Below are positions 51,321 through 64,000 of a DNA stretch of 64,000 nucleotides, piece by piece. Position 1 is the first letter of the stretch; each line of letters starts with the position of its first letter. The stretch is from assembly GCA_036172245.1 (NCBI GenBank), contig JAYWIR010000048.1:1116001-1180000 (forward strand), given 5' to 3'. This DNA comes from Raillietiella orientalis. Lineage: Eukaryota. A program made the position numbers and the translations under genes. Under the pieces are notes generated by a model. It worked only from the letters and a program-made list of their open reading frames with translations. It was not told where the DNA came from and did no database searches.

Positions 51321-51589
51321 ACGCTGCGCCCGCCGACGCTCCTCGGTGTGGTTCCCCAGCAGCCTACCGGCCCCTGAAGGGGGAGGGCTCTTCTTCAGAA
51401 ATGGGGAAGCGAAAAGAACAACCCGAAGAACCCACGTTGCTCGCCAAGAGTCCCGCACCAGCGCTCGCCAGGCGCCCGGAGTCCCTAAGAGGAAGGCCGC
51501 CCAAGGTCGCTCCTGCGGACGGGAGCTGAGGTGGTCGCTTCCTGAAGGCCCCTGGTGCACCGGTGCCCCAGAGCCCACCCCTCTCCTAA

Positions 51590-52300
51590 GCGCTCGCGTG
51601 GCTACTGCCTCTGCGCGTGGCGCACCGAGCGTCGCGGGTTCGATTCACGCCCGGGGGGGGGAAGGACCCACGTCAACAAATGGGGGGAGGGGGGAATGCG
51701 CCGTGGGTTTCGAGTCCTCCTACCCGCAGAATGACGCCGCTTGGCCTGTAGGCTTCGGATACTCCCGTTGACTGGTCGGAAGTCGACCCTCCAGGCTCCT
51801 TCCAGAAACCAGGGGTTGCCCTCCAGTGATGCAAATGAAGCCGCACCATGGAGCTGGCTGATGCGCCCCTCGGGGGGCTGGCCACCCCTCCAGAGTGTGA
51901 GGAAACGGACCTTCGCGAGCAACCCTTCAGAGAAGATTTGGGAGGTTCTCTTCAGAGGGGTCACAAGGAGCGGCTCCCTTGCGGGCTCTTTCCGTAGAAG
52001 AAATTCCAGGGTGGCCCTTACAAACCGGGGGGTCGCTCTGGAGAGAATAAGGAAGAAGGTTGCCTTCGTGGTTCCCTCAGGGGACAACCAAGTCGAAGGT
52101 TCCCTTATTCGTGGTTCCCTGAGGAGTCAACCAGGGGCGGAGGTCCCTTCGTGGTTGCCTTTCAACCGTAAGAAGAACGGATTGCCTTCTCTGGAACCCC
52201 TCCTGGATTCATAGGGTGGTCCCTCAAGTGTCACCCCTGAACGCACCCTCGGCTGGCGTCAAGGAGCTTCGTGAAGGCGAACGCCTCTCGAGTTCTCGTG
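51590..52300 (+). mobile_element. tRNA-derived SINE copy 4 with expanded internal subrepeats
   Basis: 'gcgcgtggcgcaccgagcgtcgcgggttcgattc', core 'atgacgccgcttggcc', body 'ggaagtcgaccctcc', 'cgcaccctcgg'. Confidence 0.7.
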
Positions 52301-53046
52301 GCAACAGGGGAGCGGACCTGTTCTCCAGAAAAGGCCTCTACCCAGTCGTGGGGATCGGTCCTCGAGCGCCCGCCCGGTCATTCGGCGAACCGGAAGGCGT
52401 GCCTGGAAGCTGCGCTGCTGCTGCTGCTGAGTGAGGCATCTCTTCCGACGTAGGCTGCTTGGAAGGAGCAACCCATCATCTGGAGCCTCTCGCTCCTTGG
52501 ACCGGAAAAGGAGAGTCCTCTTGCGCGGTCGTCCCCGCTGCCCCGTCGTTTATGGCGCTCGGAGGAGGAGTGGCCGGGAGGCCTCGGGGGGAACGATCCC
52601 TCCTTCTCGGAAGAGGTTTTTCCCTCCTGGAGCGCGCGCGCGCAGCTGCTTTTACGACGTCCCCCGACCCTTCTCGCGCGGCTCCCGCCGAAGAAGGTTC
52701 GCGCCTCCTCCTCGTCGACGGTCGGTGACGTCGAGGGACGTCGGTTTTCGGTGAGCCGTGCGCGCGGGTGAGCGGACGGCTTCTCTTCGGGAGGCCGTAA
52801 AGCCATCATGCCTGGCTCTCGGGGCCCCCTGAATGGCAGCGGATATGAACTCGCCATAAACGGGTCAGGGAGAGCCGTGGAGGACTGGAAGAAACCGCAC
52901 GGGGAACGGGAGGGAACGCCACGGTTCCGTCGAAGGGAAGAACGGAACGCGCAGAGCGGAGCCCAAAAATGGAAGCGCGCACGCGTTATTTATTTTCCGC
53001 GGCTGCAGAGCGACGAAGAGGAGGAAGGAGGCGGGGGTGGGGGGTT

Positions 53047-53096
53047 GCGTGCGTGTGCGTGTGCGTGCGTGCGTGCGTGTGTGTGTGTGTGTGTGT
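53047..53096. repeat. (GTGC)n/(GT)n microsatellite
   Basis: Directly visible. Confidence 0.9.
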
Positions 53097-56027
53097 TTGT
53101 GGAAGGCAAGAACGTTCGTCGGTCGGTCGGGCATTCCCCGCTGCCGCGGCGGGGATAGGAGGGAAGGTTATCCCGACGGCTAAACGCACCACCACAAATA
53201 ATCGCACTTTTTTTTTTTTCTTTTTCCTCTTTCGCTGGGGGCTCTCTTCCTTTCCCGCCGCGCACGTAATGTGCGCGTAATTGCAATCTTGGAGGCATCT
53301 CCCGGGAGGTGCGAGTAAATTGAAACCGTTTGTTTCATCTGATACGGAGACAGCCGGCAGCGCTCCGCGCGCGCGAGTGGGGAGGGGAGGGGAGCGGGGA
53401 AGTGGGGAGGGGGAAGCCATGCGTTCCATTAAAAGCGCCGGCACCGACGACGATCGCGGAAAACCCGAGCGCTCCCGGATACCTCATCAAACTCGATACA
53501 ATTAACTGGCTGGCACTCCTGGAAAACTCGTAAGTAATGCAGCCCGATGCTCCTCCGTTCGGGAACATTTCCATCAGGGAAAGGTCTTCCTCCTCCTCCC
53601 AGAAATTTCCTGCCATTGCTGCTCGCCTTATTGGACTGCCGCTTCGGCTCTCTTCCCTCTTCTCCCCCCTCCCCCCTTCCTTCCCAACCCTCCTCCTCCT
53701 CCTCCTCCTCCTGTTCCTTCCGCCGTTTCATTTCCGATTTAACAAAGGGGATGCGGCGAGGCACATGGGATTCGGGAAGACAAGCACAAAATATCCGTTC
53801 CTGGCTTACCAATTCACGCTTCAATTATTAGGCAGCAAGCCGGGATGAAATCCGGAATTCTCGATGGCGTTCCATTAGAGGGAGCTCCGAGCTTTACTCA
53901 CAGCGAAAGCGACGTTTCCTGACTTAATGCTGGATTGCTCAACGTGCCATATGTCTTCTGATCCGGGAAAACGAGTAGCATGGCGGAAAAATGTGGCGCT
54001 TCCCGAGCGAAGTTCCCTCTTTGCTTGCCATGGTTTCCCCCCTCCCTCCCTCCCTCCCTCCCGCGCTGCGTCCTTTTATTTTATTTTTTATTTCCCCCCC
54101 CCCCCCACCCACCCCCGTGCCTCCCTCTCCCCGTTAATAAAGAACGCATCGTTCGCAAATGCGTAAGCGGAGATCGGGAAAACAAAACGGATCAAAACAG
54201 GGCCGGAAAAAAACGGGGCAGCCTGCGACGAGGGGGGGGGGGGGGAAGGAGGAGAGAGAGAGAGAGAGAGAGGGAAGCATGCGGAATTCGTTCGCGGGAG
54301 CCGGTCGGGATATGCGCCCTCTCCCGTAGAGCACGTGCGAAGAATTACTGTTGCCATGATTCAACGTTCGTCGCCACGGTGTCTTCTTCCCCGTCTACGG
54401 TCTCCTACAGCGCTGGAGCGAGCGCCCGGCGAACGCAGGGTGATTAACGCAGCTCGCGAAGAGATTCATCCCGGGATAGCCTCCTCCTCCTCCTCCTCCT
54501 CCTCCTCCTCTTTCCCCCCCCCCCTTTCTGTTTCTTTTCCCCTTCCTTCCCCCTCCCCTCCCCCCCCCTCTTCCCCCCGTCCCTCCCTCCGGAGCGCGGA
54601 GCGCGCTCGTCGGCGTACTTTCGAGAGAGACCTCGGACGAAACGCGCACGGCCGCCCCGAAGGGCCGCGGCGCGCCACGCACCGTCGCCGCAACGAGTCC
54701 GGGCAGAAAGCCAGGGTGCCCCCCCCCCCCCAGGGAATTGGGCTGCAGGCCGACCGAAAGGATTGCCGGGAGCCGCGCGCGCGCGAGGGAAGACCGACCA
54801 CCGGTCGATCGACACGATGGGAGGCGCGCCCCGACCGCCGGAGCTGGAAAGAATCCCCCAACTCCCTCCACCCGTGAATCGCCAGGGGCACTTCCCCCAA
54901 CTTCCGTTTCTTTTTTTTCTTTTTTTTCATCCGGATCACGTGTCCAGGAAACCTCCGCTTCTTTTCCTCCAGAGCCTCATCCCCCACTGTGTCTTAGGCA
55001 GGGATTCCTCCTGCATACCCGAGGAGAAATCTCCGGCTGCAGGGATTCCGCGAAGAAAGGAATTCCTTGCTGATTTCCTTGCCGGATTCGGAAACATTCT
55101 CCGCGATCAGCCCTGCTCCTTCGTCATCTCCCCACGCAGCTTCCGCTTCCCGAAGCGGACGGCGAAGAGCGGCCGTGTGAGTGTGCGCGCGTCTTCCGAT
55201 TAACGGGCACGGCCGCGAGTATGTGGAAAAAAAAAAAACTCCCATCATCGACTCATAAATCTCGCGCTAATAAGCGCGCAATTTTGTTCCTTTTTTCGCC
55301 TCCGTTCAAAATCCTCGTCTTTTAAAACAGCGACGAAAACCAAAAACACAGACACACGCAAAAAAACCGTCGTTCCTCTGCATCTCCCTCCCTCCCTTTC
55401 TTTCTTTTTTTTTTTCCCATTTTTTCCCGCCCTCCCTCTCTCCTCGTGGTGGAAAAATTTCAAAGCGTGGATCGAGTCCGATAAGCTCGCGAGGTGCGAC
55501 CGCGAACACGAGCGAGGAACGAAAGGAGGGTGTTGGCACCGTTAAGATACACGGACGCATCACCGAGGGAACCGCGCAGCCAGCAGGCATCCGAGGAGTG
55601 ACGACGAGTCGGCAAGCGACGATGCTGCTGCTGCTGCTGCTGCTCGGCAACGGATCCCTGAGAGGCGGGGGCGGCGGCCCACGGATCGTTCCGGCACAGA
55701 GGTGCCACGGAGAGCCGAGGGCCGAGCCACCGTTCCCGGCAGCCCCTGTCGCCTCCGCTCCTGGCCCCGAGAGGCGCCAGGAGAAGAAGAGCCGTGCGAG
55801 TCGGGGAGGAGGGAGAGAGGCGGATGCAGCATCCCGCATCCTTGGAACCGCCCTCCTGTTCGCAGGCCGGGCGCACGCGGCGCCAGCGTCGCAACAATGC
55901 GTTTGCGTCATCTGCTCTCCGAAAGGCCGCCATTTTTGCTGTTTCTTCGCGGCGTGCACGGCTACGGAACGTTTCTGACGAGCCAAGGCGTGCTCGCGCG
56001 GCGCTTGCGAAAGTGCAGCGAATTTCA

Positions 56028-56068
56028 GGTGGTGGTGGTTGTGGTGGTGGTGGTGGTGGTGGTGGTGG
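56028..56068. repeat. (GGT)n microsatellite
   Basis: Directly visible, one interruption. Confidence 0.9.
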
Positions 56069-58250
56069 CGACCTGCGTTTCCCGACGGAGGCACGCCGTT
56101 TCGGTTTCTTTTCTTTTTTTCCTTTTTTGTTTGTTGTTGTTGTTTGTTTTGTTGCGTTGCGCTGCTCTTTGCCTCGTTCTGCGCCGTCACCCCCTCTCCC
56201 TCCTCCCTCGGAAATTATGAATTATCCGCAAGCGACGATATTTTAAAAGGAAGTTTTCTCCCATGAATAAGGCCCGATGAATGCTTACGCGTCCGTGGCA
56301 ACGGTCGGACCAATGGCGTTGCGTTGATTGCGGCGAGCCTTGCCTTTTTATTCCCGGCATTTAATGAAATGCCTTCTCGCGGAGGGAGAATTCAAAGTTT
56401 TCTGGGCAGAAGCCGAGCAGCAGGAGCGATCGCAAATGAATTCCGAAGTCGTGGACGCTCGAGAAGGGAAAAGGTTTTTTTTTTTCTTTTTCCTTTTTTT
56501 GGTTCCTTTATTTCCCTCCTCCTCCCCCCCCCCCCTTCCATCCCCGGCCATCTTTTGAAGCAAAGAAGCATCGCCTGTAAAGCTAGCGGATCGCAAGGCT
56601 CGGAGGAATGCGAGAATGGAGCCACTTGCGGGAGGAAGAGGAGGAGGAGGAGGAGGGGGGGAGATTCGGCGACGTCCGAAACACGCGCTCTGGTCGGCGG
56701 GAAACCACTCTGATGTTTGCGGAGGAGGGAAGGGGGGAGGGAGAGGCGACCAGCGGCAGCAGGAAATTCGCCGCCACCGCCGTCTGAAGGATGACGGGGC
56801 CGGCGGTCCTCCTTTCCCTTCTTGCCGCCCCCTCGCTCCTTCCTTCCTCTCCCGAACGCTCGGATGCTTCCAGGAGCTTCCTTTCGGGAAAGGCGACGGG
56901 GAAAAAAGACAGCGGCGTATGGAAGAGGAGCGCATCCGTTTCCTCCCCCCTACCCCTACCCCCGCTGCCCTTTCATTGCCTTCGCGGATGATTCGCTCCT
57001 GGAGATCTGCGCTCGAGCGCGCACGGGGGACAACGGGGTTTCCGGAGGCATTCGAGGTGGAGCGGGTGGAGGGGAGGACGAGGAAGAAGGAAAGGGGGGG
57101 GGGGGGAGCGCACCGCGCGAGAGGGCGGTTCTTCCCGGACGCACGTGCGTTCCCGGACCGGCAGGCGCTAACCAGACGCAGGACGGCGTGACCTTCCCGG
57201 CAGCCTGGCGGGACTCCCGGGAGCGCCGAGAAGGGGCAGACGCCCTTTCGGAGAGTAGGAGGAGTCCCGCCACTCGCGCGCGCCCAGCGCCCGAGGAAGC
57301 CCGCGTTCCCTTTGCGGGCAGCTGGATGGCCGCGCCGCCTCCCCGGGCGGTGGCCGAGATGCCGGCTCCAAGGCAACGGCACGCCGCCGCCGATTGTCGC
57401 CATAAAAACCGCAGCGATGCGCGCCCTGGCGGCCTCCATAAACTGCCCGCCCATTTGCATGCCAAAGGAACGGGTTGAAAGGGCGGCAAGGTCGCCGGGC
57501 CAGCCGGGGGAGGGAGGGCGAGAGAGAACGTCGCTCTCATCCCAGGCCCCTCTCGGCGGCTCCGGAAGAGGGCGGGGTACGAGGGGCGGCCCTCGTTCCT
57601 CGGGACGCGGCTCCACGAAGCGGGGAAAAGGAGAAGGACGCGCGATCTCCCGGGGGCTTCCCGCGTCCGCCATCTCCTTCTACCCCGCTTTTCCTTTTGC
57701 CAGAACCCACTTTGGACCCCTGCGAGTCCCGGGGGGCGGAGGAGGAACGCATGGACCGGTCTTCCCATCCCCTCGGGCCGCAGGGTGGTGGCGGGCGGAC
57801 GTCGAGCGACTCCCGTGGGGGCCCCGGAGACGCGCCCTGGAGCTTCCCGTCCCCGAGAGCGGGGGGGCGAGTGCTCGCGGGTGCGTCCGCGGGAACATGC
57901 GCTTCCCCGGGAACGAAGGGGAAGAGGGAGATGAGCGGGGTGGGGGGTGGGGCGAAAACCGGCGACGAAACATCGCCCCGCCCTTCGGCGGCGGCGGCGG
58001 CTGCGGCCGAAACGGGAACGCGCGGAACAGGCCGGCACTCTGGGATCATCTGGAACAACCGTGTGCTGCTGCCGGCGGATGATTTATGGGCGGCCATAAT
58101 GGAGGTCCATCCCGAAGAGGCAATTCCTCACGGTTTTACAGCTTCCCTCACGTCTCCAATTAAAGTGTCAACGAGGCAACGTGCCGGGGCTAATCGTTTC
58201 TGTCTTCGGGCGGATGGCGCGCGCGGCCAGGGGGAAGGAGGAGGAGGAGG

Positions 58251-59395
58251 GGGCGGGTAGCTTACTGTCCTCCCCCTCCTCCTCCTACCCCCAGGACCCA
58301 ATCCTTCCTTTTCTTCCCGTACCCCCAAGCTCCCCGTCCAAGCCTCCCTGACGCCGCGTGCGACCGGCGCGCGCCCTCGACCGGACGACGACAACGCCAG
58401 CGAGGTGTGGGGAGGGAAGGGGAACAAAGGGAAGGAACGAGGTGGCGCGGGGCACCATCAGAAAAGGAAGCCGATGACGACGACCTCTTCCGGGGCGCGA
58501 GCAAGCGGAGCACTTCCCACCTCTCCTCTAGTGCCCACCTTCATCTCACCGCAACCCTCCCCACCCCCTTCGAAGGGGAGGAATGAGAGGGAAGGAAGGA
58601 CGGGACGGGCGTCTCCGCGGCGACGGCGATCGCCTGCCCCGAAAATACGGACGGCGCGCGAGGTCAGGGGGAGGAGGGAAGGGGCGGGTAGCTTGCTGCC
58701 CTCCTCCTTCGTCTCCTCCCCTTAAGACCCCTTCTCTCCTTTTTTTACTGCACCCCCGCGCGCCCCGTCCGAGCCTCCCCGACGCGGCGTGCGTCCGGCG
58801 CGCGCGCCCTCGGCCGGACGACGAAGACGCCAGCGGAGTGTGGGGAGGGAAGGGGGACAAAGGGGAGAACGAGGGTTCGTCGAGTTGCGGGAAGCTTAAG
58901 GGGAAGCGGAAAGATCGGCTGGCGTCCCTTGGTCTCTTCTCCCCTCCCTCTCCCTCTCTCCCGCCCCTTTCATCCCGGAGGAACCCGCAGCTGCGAGGGG
59001 CAGGAAGTCCCCGTCCCCCTTCCCGCTATGGGAAGGGGGGAAGCCGAGCGAGGGAGGGAGCGCGTGGGTCGCGAGAGCCATACCGGTGCTTCCTCCCTTC
59101 GGACGGCCGTCAAGGCTCGGGGCCGTCCCCGCCGACCCCCTTCCTCCCTCGCGGCGAAGCCCGGCTCCATGTGCTCGACATGAGACCGCCATCTGGTGGT
59201 GCTCCGCGCCGCCGGAAACGGAAGCCGACGACGACCTCTTCCGGGGCGTGAGCGAGCGGAGCCCTTCCTGCCTCTCCTCTCGTGCTCACCCTCGTCCCAC
59301 CGCAACCCCCCATCCTTCGCAGGGGAGGAGGGAGAGGGAAGGACGCGCGTCTCCACAGCGACGGCGATCGCCTGCCCCCAGAATGCGGACGGGGC
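58251..59395 (+). repeat. Diverged tandem duplication A-B-A'-X-B'
   Basis: A 58251-58442 ~ A' 58681-58875; B 58466-58660 ~ B' 59220-59395; ~330 bp extra sequence between A' and B'. Confidence 0.8.
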
Positions 59396-62231
59396 TGGAA
59401 GAAGGGTGCCCTCGGGTCCTTCCCGGCTGCAAGGGTGGGCACGCATGCTTGCCTCAGGCCATCGGCGCAGAATTTGGCTGCTCTGACCCGCGCCGATGGA
59501 GGTAGCTTCCGGGTCACAACCGCCTTCTCCTCCCGCAGGACGGGGAGAGCCAGCCTCCGGTGCCGAAGCACGGCCCTAGAGGCCCGGGGCCGAATCCTCC
59601 AAGACCCCGTTTCTCCTGCTCCCGCTCCCCCTTCGGGAGCCGCGCGCGTTTCGGGGTGAGAGAGGGGACGACAAGAGGTCTCCCCTTCGCTCCCCCGTTA
59701 CGGGACGCGCAAGAGGCAAGGGAAGAGCCGACGTCTCCTCCCTCCCTGTCCCCATCCCACCCCGCCGGCACCAGCTAGGGGGACCCTCGACCGCCCCGAC
59801 GTTTTCCAATCGGGGATGATAAACCGCCTTGCCCCGTGCGCGACCCCTGCCGAGCGTCCCGGAGGCAGGCCCTTCCCGCAGAGGGAGGGGGGGCTTCTCC
59901 GGGAAAGGGAGACTGCCGCCACTCGATGACTCCACCTATCCGACGCGCCCGTTCCGCTCCCCGTGGAGGCTCAGCCTCCAGGAGAGAGGACGTCGCCGGC
60001 GCAGAGCGTTGCTGCGATACCACGCGTCCTACCCTTCGGGTCTGGCAGCGACGAGTGTTCCGCCCGGGGCGGTGGAAAGTGGAAGAGCCACCGGAGGGGG
60101 GAGAAGTCCAGCGACAGTGCCGGAGCGCCTCCGAGCGACCACCGTCAGCCCCTCGTCCCCCCGCGATGGACGGGCTGGTAGAGTTGGTGCCAGAAAGAGG
60201 AGCCAACATCTTCCCGACCGTCGGCCAAGAAGGGACCTGCGTCTACGCTCTGGCGATGTGGAACAACCGGCTGATCCACCTCTCTCGCACGCGTCCCTCC
60301 CTACTCCGCACCCTTTCGCTCCCTGCCGCCTCGCCTTGCGAAGATACACCGAGGAAGGGAAAGGGGAGCGGCCGAGACCCCTGCTCGAGGGCGCCTTCCC
60401 TCGCGGGACGAGCAGGGACCGGTTTCGAGGGAAAGCGGGCGGCGGGGCGCACGCCAGGAAGGGGGCTGGGGATCGCGAGGTCTGCTGGACGGTCGGCGGC
60501 GAGGCAGTGGGAGAAGCTCCGCGCAGGGACGGGGAGCGGGAGCGAGGATGTGGGAACGTCCGCTCCTGGGGCGATCCGGAAGAGTTTCGCGTGCTCTTCC
60601 AGGAGGCAGAGGAGGAGGAAAGGAAGAGGAGGAGGTAGAATAGAGGAGGAGGAAGGGAAGAGGACGAATTAAGAGAGGAAGAGGGGAAAAGGAGGAGGAA
60701 AGCAAGAGAGAGAGGGATAAAGGAGGAAGAGGAGGACGCATGACAGATGGGGAGGAAGAGAGGAGGAGGAGGAGGAAAGAAAGGAAAAAGAGGAGTGCGA
60801 ACGCGTGGCGGGCACGAAGGTGAAAACGGCGGCTGTCTTTTCCGCCTCGAGTGCCGAGCGGAGGGATGGAGGGGGAAGAAGAGAGTACCGCCAGCGGCCT
60901 CCCGGCCTGGGGACGGCGGTAACCCAGGCAACCGAGAGCGTAGCAGATGGCGCGGCAGAGGAGGGCAGGCAGCGGGCGCCGAAAGGAGAAGCGCCCGTTC
61001 CCCTTGGGAGAGGAGCGGCTTCTTGACAGCCGTGAGCGCGGTCGCGGAGCTGCGAGCGGAGAGGCGCCAGCCGCTCGCGGCAGCGCGGCCGTGCAGCGGG
61101 CAGCTGCGCGCGCCATCACGGGCGGCGGCGGTCGACGGTACCCGGCGGGCGCGCGCGCGCCGCGTGCACTTGAAGCCGTTAATTGCATCTCGGGTAAGTA
61201 ATGGTCCACCATCCCGGAGGCGCGCGCGCGCCGTGCCTGATTTATCGTCTCCCTGGAAACGGACGGACGCTCCTTCATCTTCCTCCTTCTGCCCTTCCTG
61301 ACGTTTCCGCTCCGCCGTTCCTCCGCGAACGCTGGCGGGACGCGGCGTGCCGCTTCCCGGTGGAAGGGGGCGGGTGAGGGAGGTACGCGCGCCACGGGAG
61401 CGGCCTCCGGACGAGGGCGCGCCGCCCACTCCGCCCCGCGCGGCAGGGAGCGGCTCCACCTGCTGCACTGCTTTCCTCTCCTGAGGCTTTCCACCCCGTC
61501 CCACCCCACCCCAAAAAAAATTAGGGGAGAGGGGGAGGGGATTCAAGGGGGGAGAGAGAGGAAGATGAAAAAAAAAAAAAAAAAGGAACGGGCGCAACCC
61601 CTGATTGGCGTCTCCTCTCTACCCTGCACAAAGGGAGCGCCCGCATCTGTGCGCGGAGGGCGCGGGTCCTTGGGGAAGAAGCGGACCGACTCCGCGGCAG
61701 CTGCGCGTCGCGAGGGGCGACGGTGAAGAGAGCGCAGTGCACGCTGTCGCTGCGGGCGCACCGCCGGGTCACCCGCGCCCCCCACACCCGGAGGCGGCGG
61801 GGCGCAGATCAGGGCCGTGCCGTCGTCACCAGGTGATGCGGGGGGACCTTCCCTCCTCCTTGACCGGGGTCCTCCCGCAGCGCTGGCGGCAGAACGCTAG
61901 GTCCTCGGGGGCAAGGAGACGAGAGGGAGTAGTCACCTGAGGGCAGCCAAAGGGGAACGGGCGGAACCGACCGCGCCCGAGAGTCCGGAGGCGGCGCGCC
62001 GGAGGGGCAGGGAGGGACCGCCCCAACGAGGAGGCAGAAGACGAAGGGGACGACGGACGCGCGCCCCCCCGCGAAGGCGGCGGTTCCAGAAACCCTTTCC
62101 GGCCCCTCTCTCCCCCTACCTCGCGAAAAAAAAGGCGGCTTCCCGCCTCAGAGGGGGCGAGGAGCGGGGGTCTCCCTCGCCCCTTCCCTCCCCACGGGCC
62201 CCACGAAGAAGATTCCCTGTTGCTCCTCTCT

Positions 62232-62237
62232 TTTATT
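62232..62237 (-). promoter_or_regulatory. Candidate polyadenylation signal (AATAAA) of the Runx gene
   Basis: AATAAA on the minus strand ~160 nt after the stop, in otherwise very GC-rich DNA. Confidence 0.5.
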
Positions 62238-62395
62238 GTCGCTGCCGGGCGCGCGACCAGGTGCTCCGCGGGGGAGGGCGGAACGCACAGGGGGGTGGAG
62301 GGAGGGACGCCTGGGCAGCAGAAGACTAGAAGAACGAGCGTCCCTCGTTCTGGCCTCCGGGGCCGTGGAGGAGGGGGGGAAGGGGCCAGGCCAAG

Positions 62396-64000
<1,605 letters not shown>

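Noticed and set aside
55306..56266. Poly-His, poly-Val and poly-Trp ORFs resembling a transcription-factor exon
   Set aside because: Produced by a (GGT)n microsatellite and T-rich runs; no splice-consistent frame or domain
28400..62300. Many long ORFs (up to 557 aa) in all six frames
   Set aside because: Arg/Gly/Pro/Ala/Ser-rich, overlapping on both strands, no domain motifs; expected from the scarcity of stop codons in very GC-rich DNA

Overview
Eukaryotic nuclear DNA, most likely from an arthropod or other ecdysozoan with short (43-169 bp) GT-AG introns. I can support two host genes. The first is a complete six-exon FGFR1OP/CEP43-like centrosomal gene (16611-17943, +) in an AT-rich, CpG-poor island. 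The second is the 3' part of a Runx (Runt-domain) transcription factor gene ending in VWRPY (62396->64000, -), whose downstream side is a ~35 kb very GC/CpG-rich gene desert. The rest is mostly decayed transposable elements: several Tx1/L1-like LINE copies, a long tRNA-headed SINE family, a palindromic mariner derivative, and piggyBac, pogo/Tigger and hAT remnants. The most striking structure is a nested element at 6809-11435. A TIR element with an 8-bp TSD contains an L1/Tx1 ORF2 remnant and a piggyBac MITE. The L1 RT domain is itself interrupted by ~245 bp encoding part of a bacterial peptide chain release factor 1 (prfA), which I recall as Wolbachia-like, so a probable endosymbiont-to-nucleus transfer. 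Most long ORFs in the supplied track in GC-rich regions look spurious. All homologies were recognised by eye from remembered motifs; no database search was run.
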